The translations under genes and the position numbers were made by a program. A DNA stretch of 63,950 nucleotides, the filler included, from Hausera hauseri (lineage: Eukaryota): the NCBI GenBank assembly GCA_046269625.1. It is 12 parts of 12 records of this genome, joined end to end, with 100 filler letters (N's around TTAATTAATTAA, not from the genome) between each part and the next. Parts side by side here need not be neighbours in the genome. Positions count along the whole stretch, not along the records: positions 1 to 6,973 come from JBJURY010047442.1; positions 7,074 to 11,567 come from JBJURY010555116.1; positions 11,668 to 17,423 come from JBJURY010194303.1; 9 more parts are not named here. The stretch is one strand, 5' to 3'. A model generated the notes under the pieces. That model did not search any database and was not told the origin of the DNA. It saw nothing but the letters and a program-made list of their open reading frames with translations. Positions 1 to 12,960 of this stretch are shown here, in pieces; the stretch's first letter is position 1; each line of letters starts with the position of its first letter.

Positions 1-199
1 AGCAACGCTCTTAAATCGTATTTTCCATCATTACGAATTGTGAACTACTCTGCACATAATTTGAAGACAGTTCCAGATAATATTTTGTGTCCATATACCG
101 ACCATGGATTGAAATGTGCCTATAAAGAATGCTTGATGTTGTGTCAGCACTATTTGTCCTATAAATAAATTTAGATATTTACAAATTTACTTGACTGAT

Positions 200-3100
200 T
201 ATTTGGGTTTTAACCATGGATGAATTACTCCTCTTTTGAGTGTACTGACCTCTAATAATGCAACTGTTCTTGGTTTTCGTAACAGATCATGGTAAGGTAA
301 CTCGATATGAGCTAAGTAAGGATAACCGGATATTACTTGAGAACATTCAATGTAGGTGCTGGTGATTAGAAATCAGGCGTCACTAGCGTTTTCCAATGTG
401 ATAATAAAATCGGCATTAAATAAACTGAACATTACACGGTCGGGTTACTTGAAGATAAATATCTCATGGTCTGAGTGAAATTATTTTGATTCGTTCTTGG
501 ATTTATCTTAATCCTGCTATCAGGTAAGGGATTTTATTATGTATAGAATAGCGAAAACTACTCAACCAAAAAGTATTTGGACAAGAAGATTGTAACTGTA
601 ATGTTAGGAGTATTTGTCGATTGTCGTGTTTTGTACATGATATTGGGGGTCGTGGACTTGCGACCTCTAGAATATATACTTTCTCGCTGTAGCGTTTCGC
701 AGCGCAGGATAGGGCGTAGTAAGGTCTACTAATTTGAGGTGCAACTACTAAATTCTCGTTTTCGTAAAATATTTTTGCATTGATTCGTTGATTATCTATA
801 ATTGCGGGAATGCGTGGGATTGTCGGTGCTTTTCTTTCAATTTCTTTTACTGTACGTCTCCATATATTATTTAAGACACGGAACATAGCAAATATTAGTG
901 AATATTCCTGATCTGGTCGTGAAAAGATGCAGGTTTATTGGTTATGTTCCCGGAAATAATGAAGTTGTTATGGGTGATGGAGGTATCCGCATATCGAGTG
1001 GTTATTTGCATTAATTTGCCTTTTGGTATTTTTCTGTCCCATTCAACTGGTAAAGACTGCTTCTTGTAATTAGGTTGACCTATAAATATTCTTTCTTGTA
1101 GGAATAATCTGTCAATATTAGTTTGTTCCTCTTGTTCTGGTGAGTTAATTGTTAAGGATAGTGTAACTGTCTATTGTTCTGTGGGTATCATTATTTCAAC
1201 TGTCCGATTTTCGATAAGGGATGAATCTTTACTTTTTGATGTATGCACTTGTGCCAAATAAATATGTCCTTGGGTAACTTTACAACACCTTTCTTTATGA
1301 GTGGAAATAGAAGTACATACTATTTTGATTGCTTGTAAAGTGTTAGCGTTCCCCATTCTTCTTTCAAATATCTGGTATTTTCTGTCTTATTCTGTTGAGG
1401 GGAGGCTTTTATGAGTAGGCACTTACTGTTATGGTTACAGTGAATGAAGGGGTTTCCTGATGTAGCTTCGTGGATATCCTACGGTTCTGTTTTCGGATTT
1501 CTTTTTAGAAACTTCGTAAAATTTGAAAATGTATCAGGTAATACCTGATTAGACAGGGTTGTCATTGATTTTTCAGGGCTTTGTGTTCGTTGTGTTGAAG
1601 AGTTTGGTATATAGCAAACTAATATACTTAAATGTAGAATCATTCGGGGAGACTTTGAGCCCATTCTGATTACATTGGGACTTATGCCATTATAATTAGG
1701 AGGTTTATTTGTCAATCTAGTATTAAATCGTACTTCGTGGGTAGTGGTACGTTTCTTAGCAGGCCGCTGTCTTCTGAGATATATGATTAGTATAAGTGTT
1801 GAAATAATTATAACGGCTAAAGGGCGTATAATAATTGACAGTAATAATGNNNNNNNNNNGGGTCTTGACTTGTTGTTATATTTGGCAACCTATTTTTTGC
1901 TAAGACTTTGTTTTTGCTGGTCGTTGCATGTGGTTTCGTAAGGAAGCTGTGTTGTTCTTAGGCTGCAGTTATGTGACATAATGCTCTTGTTCTTTGTTTG
2001 GGAGATGGTTCATAATGTTGGCGTTTTATTTGTACCAAATAGAAGTAGCGAGGTCTAAGATTATCGCATTTGATGAATGTATTCGTAAGTGGAAAACAGG
2101 TGATGGTAGTATCGTCGAATGAAACGGTATAATTTTGGTCAAGGAAGTTGAATATGACATAGTTGTCACTCACGTGGAATGAAATATGCAACAGGTTGAA
2201 ATGAATTGTTCTAAGACGTTCGGGAATTTGTGTACCATCGTAAGATGCGCGTAGTGTTGCATGGAGAGTGTCAAAATTGGTAGTGCTTATCCTGTATGTA
2301 CTGGGACACGTGGATGGTAGTTGCAAGGTCAACAATATCTGTCGATCGTCACCTGGTATAGTGATCATTTACGGTGTTAGGCTGGAGTATTCTATATTAT
2401 AATCTTCTTCGTTCGTTAGTTTTGCTGTGCAGGTTATGATATAAGGGGTATTTTTTATTCGAGGTATAATTCCTGAGTCCAATGGAATTTTCTACATCTG
2501 CGCTTACTGACTGATCGTATTCGGGTGTTGGATGGCATAGAATGTCGACTGATTTATTATTGCTTTCCTTCGTTAAATTTTTCACTTTGGACTTTATTTA
2601 TATTGGCTAATGTTTGTCATTTCCACGGGTATCGTGACGAGGATAGTTCGTCTCATTATAATGTTGTAACTTAACCCACTTATAAGTTCCGATACTTGGA
2701 ATATTAAGGAATAGGTGTGGCTTTGGGAAACGTGACTACATTTGTTTTCTTTTAATTCTGAATGTGCAACACAGATGGATCTATATAATTCAAATAATGT
2801 TGCTGCTTCTTTTTCTTGCCCTACTGGTTGGTTTGTATATGCTATTTTTAAACATTTCTTCTCAGAGCTGTAGTGGATGGAGAAGATTTTAAACGTGAAT
2901 TGTTTATTATTCTTTAATTCGAATATTGTGCTCTGTGATAGTTTCGAATAACCTCGAAATATGGTGTGTGATAGTCGTTGTCTATGGGAGGTCGAAACTA
3001 GATTTTACTTCGATTGAAGTGTTGGGATTATTTGTGCCAATAAACCTGGCATATACATTGCTAATATATAATGGGGTTTACATTTTAAGAAGATTGTACC

Positions 3101-3320
3101 CATGATGACTGAGAATATTGAAAGTAACTGTGATTATCAGTAGGGTTGTCTCACGTTTTGTTGTAGTGTACTTATTATTTCTTATTGATAGGGTATTTCT
3201 TGCCCATCCTGAATTTATTTGAGTTTTTGAATAGTTCAATCGTATAAAGGACTGCGTAATATAATCGATGATCAATTGTCCCGTATTTCGTGGGGATTTT
3301 GCTATTGATTGTGCTAATAC
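200..3320 (-). pseudogene. Two duplicated ectodomains built from fibronectin type III-like repeats (part of the contig-1 polyprotein)
   Basis: Internal homology: DDRQILLTLQLPSTCP vs DNRQILLTLQLQSSCP; FPLTNTFIKCDNLRPRYFYLVQIK vs FLITSTYIECSQVISGYPYLAHIE; CVAHSELKENKCSHVSQSHTY vs CTSISTHKERCCKVTQGHIY. The C-xx-L-x-P-x-x-x-Y-x-V pattern resembles the FN3 E-F loop / tyrosine corner. Confidence 0.5.
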
Positions 3321-4825
3321 GTTTGTCATGCATAATGCCAATATACATGAAAATAGTACTGCTTGACTGAATTTCGGTTTTATGCCTTGATGGTTTATCG
3401 AAATGATTTCCGTACATTGCTGATAAACTGGTTCAGTAGGATTTTCATTTGTAATGGGTTCGCCTTTTGGCGTGGAATTTGAAGTATGTTGGCTTAGTTT
3501 ATTAATGTTTTTATCTACGTCCGCCCAAGATTCCTAGTCTCTGATGGGACCTCTAAATTTATTGCTCTTTTTCTTTAAGTGTCTGCTTATGCCCGTGATT
3601 TGTTTATGTATTTGTGTGAGGTATTGCAGACAAGGCATTGTGATCACAGGGATTTCTTCCTCTGATAGGTCTATTAAATAATCTGTTAAATAACCTCCTT
3701 CATTCTGTAGCAGGTCAACATGGATCAGTCCTAAATAAGCCGTGATTCTGCTGGTCCATCTGATGTAAAATACTCCATTAGGGTTTTCTCCATATTTTTA
3801 AGCAAGTATATCTAATCTGGGCATCATGTAATTATACTGATCGATGGTAAACTTTTATGGCTTTTAATTGCGTTATACTAATTATTTCTTCTTCAGTCAC
3901 TTTCATCCCTTTGGGTTGGTCCCGTTTTCTGTTCAAACTGTGAAAAAGGACTTGGATCATATATTGTCGGATTTTTTCCGTATTGAAATCAGGTGCTAGG
4001 ACAAAATTATTAATATGGAAGTGATCTACCATTTGTTGTAATAAGTTTTGTTGTTCATGTTCGTTAAGGTAATAAAAGTGATTCAGGTACTGACTCTTGA
4101 TCCAATTAATCGTCCTTCCTGGTATATTGTTATGATTCAGACCTAGTTCCCATACGTATTGGTCTATCCATGTGTCAATTTCAGAAATCGGTTCTGATAT
4201 CGTGTCTAAGCACTTGCGCAGAAGTTTTGTTAGATGAATTTTTCTATCGGTGACCTTTGTCGATGGTAGCTGCATATTCTGCGGTTCATTAGTATAACAT
4301 TTTCTATATTGCTTATTGGAGTCTTCTTGCGTGTTCATTTCTCCTCGGACTAGGATATTTGAATAGTTATCAGCACATTTTCTCATCACATCATAGTAAT
4401 GAAAGTCGAGGCGTAATATGGGGTTATATGATCGACACTTTTCCATGTCGAATAAATAGTTTAGTATAGCTTGTTTCTCTTTTGAGATTTTGAGGTTTTT
4501 TTCCTCTATGCATTTGATAAACTGTCGTTGCCATTCCCTTTTGATGGTTTGCTCTTTATCCAATTTGCTAACGTTATGATGTATCCAGGGGTCAGGTTTT
4601 GATATTTTATGAGTTTGCATTTGGGTTCTGTTTAATGTTAATTGATGACTTTGATTGGTTTTCTCTGAAGGCCGGTTGTAACCTCTATTGTAGTCGCTAA
4701 TTATCGTTTGAATCATTCGTTTTTAACGGATACATCTTGAATAACCCTGGAATTCCAATTTAGTGTTATTGAAGGCTATTGGGCATGAGTGCATTTGCAT
4801 ATACTCTTGGATAGTTGCTATGTAT

Positions 4826-4854
4826 ATTTATTTATTTATTTATTTATTTATTTA
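4826..4854. repeat. (TTTA)n microsatellite interrupting the contig-1 frame
   Basis: About 7 tandem TTTA units. Confidence 0.9.
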
Positions 4855-6973
4855 CATAATGTAATAATCGGGTTGTCTAAATTTTATTTCTGTATTCTTC
4901 TTTATTATAACCGCGTCTTACAGCTAATATAATAATTTTCCTATTGTAATAATTGCGTATTTGCAATCTATAGATTGCCTCAGGGAATTGTCCTTTTTCA
5001 TAGATTTCCTTTTCCATTGGTAGATATGGAGTGTTGCAATGTGCGTTTGTTCGTGTATTATGCAAATATCTACACTCTGTTCTCATCCATTCCCTATCAA
5101 GATGTATGATTCCTAATGTTAGTTTATCCTTTAAGTAACCATCGTATAATATTTCTACTTCATATCGTAGTTCTTCTAGTATTTTCAGCTTCGATTTTAC
5201 GAATGCTTTGAAGTACTCGGTTTTCTCAATCACGTTAGTGATAGCTTCAAGTAGTTCTGCCGTGAGGGGTTCGTCTTCCAATACGGCTTCCCATAGTAAT
5301 AGATCTATCCATATGCGTTTTTATACTCTTCAGGGTCCTTTCCAATATTCTGAATTTTCCGCATCCATAGTCCGTTAATTACATGGTCGATGCCACAATC
5401 TTCTACTAGATCGTCAAGTATTTTTATATCCTGAGCTGAGATTTCCGATTGTTTAGGCTTATGTAAGGTCATATTAAGCAGTTGGTGAACAAATGTATTC
5501 CATATGGTAAATGATGTAAAAAATCATGCATATAAATTGACAGGGTTGGTTTTCAAATACTGTTGGGCCTCTAAGACTACAGTTTGAAAGGCACAAGCAT
5601 CGCCTTGTGTGAAGTATTGTCTTTCGGCGTTATAAACATTTGCTTTTAAGTAGTTGTAGTTGGAGACTGTCGTTTATCTTGGTTTCTATTAATTTTTCAT
5701 AGGAATATGCGCAACCAGGTTTGCCTATGACTCATTTCAACATTTGATTCCGTTGATACCCCTCTAGCTGGTTCTATTTCAATGCTTTCAGTTTTCTGGT
5801 TTTTTAAATGTTGTTGACGGAGGGTATGTATGATTTTATTTAGGTTCTGCTGTTGGTGTTGTTTCATTAGATTAGTAATTTCGCATTTTATGTCCAAGTC
5901 TTGATTCAGTGGTTTATTGAACATTCGTAGTGAATGTGCTATTTTATGTACTTCGATTCATCGGTCGATGTTATTCTTCTTATAAAGTTTGAATCTTTTT
6001 ATTATTGGCGTTATATTTCTGTAGAATAAACTATCCTAGGCGTTTCCTTTTGCTATCTCACCGTTTCTTATCTCATCACATGAATTTAAAAACAGAAATT
6101 TATTTTACGCTGACATTTCCTTGTAGCTTTTACCGAATTCTAATAGTATAGAATCTATGACTGGTTTAAATGTATTGTTCTTCAATATCATATATTGATC
6201 TATTGCTATTCTATTGCGTTCCATTTGTACCTCTTTAGCCTCCATCCAGAGTATATCTTCTAGTTTAACTCTCGGCCATTTATGACTCTTAATATTTTTT
6301 TTTGCTAAAACGGCTGCCGATTCCTTCAATAGTCGTTGATATGAGGATCTTTTGACCATGGGTTTTCAGTCCTTTTTAGTTTAGTTACCATGTAATTTTG
6401 AATAATTTTCGAGGCTAGTATAGTAGGAATTGTACCTAAAAATTCTTCCCTACTGGCTTGTTTTCTTGTCTCCCATTGTAATCTTGTGAATCGAATTAAT
6501 TCGGTTAATTGTTTAACAGCGTATATTGCTAACATATATGACAGGAATTTTACATATTTTGAATAATCGTGTTCACTTGAATTGACTAGTTAAGCTGTAC
6601 AATTTCCGATTAAACAGCATATTACCAGGGTAGATAGGAGTATTGGATTTGGTCTGCCATGGTTTCCTTGGTTTTTCTCGTAATTAGGAAAAGGTGAGTG
6701 TTTGGTTTCCTTTTGATAGTAACTTACTACTCGAAAACTTTATAAAATGCTATTACTATTAATGTGACTATAGTGCTACTGGCTAGACAAATTAGAAACA
6801 TTAGCAACAAAAATGATTTATAATCCACAACTGGTAAGGTAGGCCCTAGTGCGTATTAATATTGACTTGCTTCAGTTAAAGTTACGTTAAGTACTGACAA
6901 AGCAATAGGTATTGCTATTCGTTTGTAAATTCGTGGAGACTTGCTTGAAACATTGTCGTACTTTGGGGGTGGT

Positions 6974-7073
6974 NNNNNNNNNNNNNNNNNNNNNNNNNNN
7001 NNNNNNNNNNNNNNNNNTTAATTAATTAANNNNNNNNNNNNNNNNNNNNNNNNNNNNNNNNNNNNNNNNNNNN
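6974..7073. other. Artificial contig spacer N44-TTAATTAATTAA-N44; also at 11568-11667, 17424-17523, 25130-25229, 29713-29812, 33848-33947, 39147-39246, 44148-44247, 49528-49627, 54324-54423, 59753-59852
   Basis: Identical 100-nt block occurs 11 times; the 12-mer gives stop codons in all six frames. Confidence 0.99.
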
Positions 7074-7620
7074 TCTGTATCCAAAATGCCTGGCAGTTCG
7101 TAACAAAAATAAAATATTTTCTACGTCAATTAGTTTGCGGATATCTTCGCATGACACCTCATCCAATGTGCGTTTAGTTATCCCTTGTTTATAAAATTCT
7201 TTGCTAGGTCAGGTTTAATTGACTCGTTTCTTTCTGTATGATTTTTTTGTTCAAATGCATATTAGCTTTAGTAGTTGTGTGAAGACCATTCGAAAGACGT
7301 TATCCATTTTAATACTTTGAACATAATTCATGTTATGTTTTGCTTTGGATAAGGAAATCACAGCTGGTGATGTCCTGTTGATAGCGAGTTACTGCCGTCT
7401 AAAATGTCTCTCCTTTAAAAGACCAATAACAATTTGATGATTGCTCAGCCACATAATTTACCATTCTCGTCTATGCTAATTCCCAGACAATAATAGGTGT
7501 GGGAAGATGGCGGCGATGTAGTGTTTACGTGTTCACTGAGTGATTTTCAGAGTGGATTATTGTGCTTGGTTTTGTGTATTCTTTAGACTGTGTTATCATT
7601 TTGTGTGACATTTTGATAGT

Positions 7621-8532
7621 TTGTATGCATTTATTTACACCCGGATTTCTTCCGGCAGTGTTTTGACTCCCTTCCCCTTCAACTGTCTCAATTCGAGATT
7701 CTCTCAGCCAAATGGTTACGAAATGGACCGCGAAGAAGCGTTGGAGAATGGTAACCTCCACAAACCTAACACACTTGTGATTACAGTCACCGGTCCCGAG
7801 GCAAATCGAATGAGCTACGCCAAATTGCAAAGCATACTCATCGGTCTAGGAGGCATAGGGCCAAATGGTCTGGCATCTCTTTACAGATACGAGACACAGG
7901 CAAGATGGTACGCGACGCTGACTGCAGCCGCACATTTGCAATATTATAACCAGCTTCACGGGAGAAGACTCGAATCCAAAAACCCTTATGTCACGCTAGT
8001 GATAGAACACATGGACAGAGAGCTAGCGAAGGGCACCATCCATTGGGTTTCTAATTCTATGAAAGCAGAAGCGGTCAAAAAGCTACTCACTGACATAACC
8101 AATGACCCCGAAGTGGAACTCAGCAAAGTCAATATGTACGGCGATAAATGGCAGTTCCGCTGCAGACGATCCGAGAACATTCCTCATTTTGTCATTTTAA
8201 CCTTGAAAGGCGAAGAAAATCTTAAACATAAAGTATGGATAACTTTACAGGGCAGGAAGCCACCATGCAGTATCTGTCACAGTGAGGATCATACCACTCA
8301 AGCTTGCCCCAGGAAGCAAGTAAAAGCATTCAAAGACAAACAACAGGAAAAACCAAGAACAATCCAATATCTAATCCCTGTCGTGGAAGATCAAGGAATA
8401 GAGTCCAACACAATTGACAGAGACACCAGCAAAGATGAAGAAACCAGAATCACAGCTCAAAACAACGACGATGAGCGCTTCAAGCTCGTCACAAGAGAAA
8501 AGAGAGGGAAACGCCCTCGGAACTCAATTTAA
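7621..8532 (+). mobile_element. Non-LTR retrotransposon ORF1 (gag-like, CCHC zinc knuckle)
   Basis: 303-aa open frame with ITLQGRKPPCSICHSEDHTTQACP (C-x2-C-x4-H-x4-C) and a basic tail. A remnant TIVLNVNVN, resembling the start of an APE endonuclease, follows at ~8613-8640. Confidence 0.75.
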
Positions 8533-10301
8533 AAGTGGAAAGCATATAACCCTGCCCTTACTCAGTACGAACACAACCTAATGAATAGCCATCTATGTAA
8601 ACCCAAATTAGCACCATCGTTCTCAATGTTAATGTCAACAGGCAGCGCAGAGAGTTGAACATGGCCTACAGGACAGCCATACATTCGCTCATCTATTATC
8701 CGAGCATAGGATATCATAAATACAAATTCATTGATGAACTAATCATTTTAGCAAAGTATAGATGAAGGTATATTAGTGATTGGGATCAAGTATTTTTAAA
8801 CTAGAAAACAAATTAAAACAGTAAAGACTTCACGAAAGCAGTTTCAGAGAGACGCATTGGATCGTTGGAAATGGAGATTTACAGTGAGTTATGTTCTTCC
8901 AACGAAATACATGACACAGTAGTAGTATAGAGCGTGCATAATGGTTAGCATTTCAGGGAGTGCAGTAGTGCTAAATGACTCAAAGAGTAAAATATTCAGG
9001 TGTTGCTAAGGAGTGATAAATGACTCAAAGAGCAAAATATTGTAGGGGGTGCTAGGTCGGGGTAAGGGGAGACTACTCGTTTAGGAAAATTGCATTCAAG
9101 CCATCAGCTCGGCCCAATGCTTTGCCATCTGCAACAGTAGTATTACTGCTCTTTGGTTTCCCATGTGAGACAAGAAATGAATGATTCTTTGCCGCCATGT
9201 CTCTCTCATGGACTCCAACCACAGCCCACGAACACAGCCTGTTTCAAATTTCCGGAACATACTAAGCTACCAATAACAGTTTGCCTGCTTCTTTTGTGTA
9301 TATTTACTTCAAGTGCCACTGCTCACAAATATTCAGAAAAGTAGTAACATTCTCTCCCCACCCCCAACTCCTCCCCTAACCTACTCTTGAATCCAGGAAA
9401 AAATTAGATTATTTATACTATTATTACTACACAGTGAATTCTGGCATTACCTTAAAAGTAATACTTAAATGTAATCTATCACAATCTTACCTCGGCTGCT
9501 GTGTCTAAGTCCGTATCCATTTCTACCCAATGATACCTTTTAGCAAACCACAACTGTAGTGCCTTCAGCTTGGAAGGATTCTTTGCTACCCTAGCTTCAG
9601 AACTCGAGAAAAAGAGTACAGTATCCTGAATGTTTTAATTCCATTAAACCATAGGCTTTCTATTCTAGTTCCGTGATTATCCCGAATGTTTCCTCTTATG
9701 TTTGAACCAAGAGGTTTTTGCTATTTATCTTTTTATCGTAAGATGTATACAAAGGTAATTTTAGAGTCGCGGCTTTGCTTTACCGCCCTAGCAAATAATC
9801 TGGAGTTGAGCCGTTATATCAGTTGTGCTGTGCATGTAATAAACATGTGTGTAAAATGCAGACCATAAAGTTGTTTTCTTTCTAATATTTATGTTTTTAA
9901 TTATGTGTAGTTTTACTTAAAATTGTACTGAGACATGTTTATGAATACTTTTCTTGTTATCAATAAGCCACACATAAAATTCAACGCTAGTAGTTTGTTT
10001 TGACCTGTGTTATAGATATACATAAACAATAAGTTAATGATTAAAGCATTGCAGTATTTTGACGTTCACCACGGAGCACATGTGGTCAAAGCGGTTTTGG
10101 GGAAATTCCCGTTCTTGAAACCTACAAACATGTAATTTGAGTTTATTGTGATTCTTCAGGAATTAGCACCCAGGACACTCCCATATCTAATCCGTCAGGT
10201 CATTGAGCCAGCAACCGTACCAAATAGTACCCACCCACTGATCCAGTCAATCTCAGATTAAGAATGCCATCTGTAGTGAGTTGAATGTTTCCAACCAAAA
10301 C

Positions 10302-10388
10302 GGCTCCAGGGGTCCACTCAGCATAAAATGGATACAGGAGAAATTCTCTGGGAAAGTAAAGATTGCCTGGCGTTATGCTGACCATAAC
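10302..10388 (+). mobile_element. Probable SINE central-domain (Nin/Deu-type) remnant
   Basis: GGGGTCCACTCAGC-ATAAAATGGATAC..CTGGGAAAGTAAAG..GGCGTTATGCTGACCA resembles the conserved Nin-domain consensus (from recall). Confidence 0.45.
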
Positions 10389-10591
10389 ATGTTGACACCA
10401 ATTCCACGTTACTGTATACGTCTTTAAGGCATGAAGAGTGTCTCTGTACTGTTTTTTTTTTCTCTAGAGGACAATGTTTCAGGCACAGCCTTGATAAGGT
10501 CGATAGCGTCCATAGTCAATATGCTATTCATTGCATCTTGTAGCCAGTTCAATTCCGTTCTCATTGTCCTTGACCCAGATATTCCTTGGGG

Positions 10592-11567
10592 GATAGCAGC
10601 TGCCAATATTGAACTGCGACTTCTTGTGTTGTTGTATCACGGTATAGTCCTGTCAGTCATTGAATACGCGCTGCCAATCCTCACCATCAGCCACACACAG
10701 ATTATCAAGCTCGAACGAATTCAGAATGAGGCCATGCGCATCATACTGGGATGCACAAAAGATACACCCTGTGTTGCCATACGATATCTTTTAGACTTTC
10801 CAACTACAGAACACAGGATCAACATCTGTAGAACTCGTGCATATCTGAAGATCAGCGCTCATGTGTAACACCCGCTACACTCAGAGCTCATTAAGAACAA
10901 GGGTAGCAGAGTGAAGAGATGCAAGTCCTGGATGGGCATAGCAGAAGATATTACACAGTTATACGGAGGTACCGTCATAGAACCAGGAGAGGAATGGGTT
11001 TCGATCCCTCGCACATTTCGAGATACCTTCTCAGTCATCATCACTCTTGACAGGAAATCCAAAGAGCAAAGTCCTATCGCCGTGCAGGCTGAAATTCAAG
11101 CACTTGTCAGCGAATATTCCACTAACGAAGATTTTGTCCTTTACACAGACGGCTCAGTCATTTGTCATCATCGGTGCGCATGGGCATTCACAGCCCGCGT
11201 AAGTGGATTAACGATCCATGAGGTTAGTGGTGCCTTTCCCATGACTACCAGCAGCCTGACTATGGAGGTGATGGCAGTGATGAAGGCCCTACAGTGGCTT
11301 GAAACACAGAAGCATACTCATGTGTGCATTCTGTCTGACTCAATGAACATGCTTAGGAGGGTAAAGTCTGGCTGGACACGTCGGCAGTGACTTGAATCGC
11401 TGCAGAAGTCTACAGTCCGTAGGGCCACCTTCATATTCGTACCAGGCCATGCCGGGGTGGAGGGTAACGAGACAGCGGACCGATTGGCCAGCTCTGCTGT
11501 CATATCAGACGGTCAGCGTATGGATCGTGCTGATGTCATCGATACTCTCAGAGAGTGTGGACGAACT
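10592..11567 (+). mobile_element. 5'-truncated LINE (I/Nimb/Ingi group): RT thumb plus RNase H, with in-frame stops
   Basis: LYHGIVLSVIEYA and KLERIQNEAMRIILG (RT C-terminus); YTDGS, SSLTMEVMAV, ILSDS, FVPGHAGVEGNETADRLA (RNase H). Confidence 0.9.
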
Positions 11568-12284
11568 NNNNNNNNNNNNNNNNNNNNNNNNNNNNNNNNN
11601 NNNNNNNNNNNTTAATTAATTAANNNNNNNNNNNNNNNNNNNNNNNNNNNNNNNNNNNNNNNNNNNNGTTCTAGTAATTTTTATAGAAACTGTGGAGAAA
11701 GAATTGAAATACATAATAATACGTGCCTGTGCAACTCATGTGATTACATTAAATGTATATGTGAAAATAAAGTTTGCAAATCGATAAATGATTCAATGAC
11801 TGAAATGTGTACCGGTTGTCATGTACTTCGAAAAACCAAGTTGGATGAAGAATGTTTAAGAATTATGGAGAATGGATTAATTATGAATGTATTTCAGTGC
11901 TCATTCGAACAGTGTCAAAGACTCTTCGTCGACCGACGATCATTCCGTATTGTTTTCATACCTCAAATAAAACTTGGAAAATATGCCATAAATGTGGTTG
12001 GAGAAATCAAAAAAGCTGCTTTAATAGTTCGAAGTGTTCTGCTTTTGTTTTCATGCAATTAAAATAAAGCAGTGTTCAATTAGTAAACTGATATTTTAAT
12101 CAAAAAATAAATGTTTAAATATTCAATAAATTTTGTATACAGTTTAAAATTTAAATCATTTTGGCCATTTCTTGACGAATTTTACATTTTGTGCCATTCT
12201 GTTACAGTATATTTTGTCAATTTTTTAAATGGAAATTAACAAGGAATTGACAAAAAATGCCTCGTTACCGTAAGAAAAGAAATT

Positions 12285-12960
12285 GTGCTGGCTCACCTTT
12301 TCGACGGAGTTAATCGAGATAAACAATTGATGCACATTGGACCATGGTGGTGTCAAGTTGCAAAGGCACAAATTATAACATGCATAAAGGTAATTGTTGT
12401 TTACGGTATTTCTGCATCAACATTATCCGATTGTCTTACAAAATGCAGCGTCAACCGAAAATTTACGAAACATTTTGGAGCAATGACAATATTACTTAAT
12501 CAATCAATCAATTTTATTAATCCCAGTTTTTATGAAGTGTCATTTCAAGACGAATTTTACAAAGTTCCAGTGTCGCTTATGTCAACAGATTTCCATAGTT
12601 TTCGAATTTTAAATTGGAATGAAAGGAACATGAAAAAGTCGGATAAAAGAAAAATTCGACAAATGGGACAGTTCGGTTTTACAGATCCGGATGCATTGAG
12701 TTTCCTTCGTGCCACATACAAAATTGGTCAATCAAAAAAATGAATCGGGCGATTGCGATCCCAGTATCGAGCTTAAACCTATAAAAACGGAATTATTGAA
12801 CTATAACGTCATTTACTTACTTGCATCAAATTAATTTGTGAACCGATTCCCATATTGTTTCCTTTCCTTGACAAGGTGCTTGAACTGAAGAATAAGTATA
12901 TTAAGAGGGTTATGGATGGCCCATATCGACCAGCAAAAAGTATTACTGATGCCAATTAAA
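12285..12960 (+). pseudogene. Highly decayed Gypsy/Ginger-like integrase remnant
   Basis: AH..G..WW..IITCIK (HHCC-like) at the start and DKVLELKNKYIKRVMDGPYR (GPY/F-like) at ~12870-12930; catalytic core not recognisable. Confidence 0.35.

Larger units (their letters stand above)
1..6973 (-). pseudogene. Decayed long polyprotein-like reading frame with repeated signal-peptide / ectodomain / TM / PPxY-tail modules; origin unknown (retroelement or endogenous virus)
   Basis: The minus-strand ORFs of the track can be joined by reading through single stops and 1-nt frameshifts. Hydrophobic segments lie at ~6910-6870, ~6810-6740, ~3365-3315, ~1845-1777 and ~1645-1610. The coding strand is strongly A-rich and no introns are evident. 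Confidence 0.6.

Noticed and set aside
7018-7029. TTAATTAATTAA recurring as a possible biological repeat or CRISPR-like array
   Set aside because: Always centred in a 100-nt N block; it is an assembly linker. ORFs running into it are artefacts.
8972-9041. 25-bp direct repeat TAAATGACTCAAAGAG(T/C)AAAATATT, two copies
   Set aside because: Only two copies; an ordinary local duplication, not an array.
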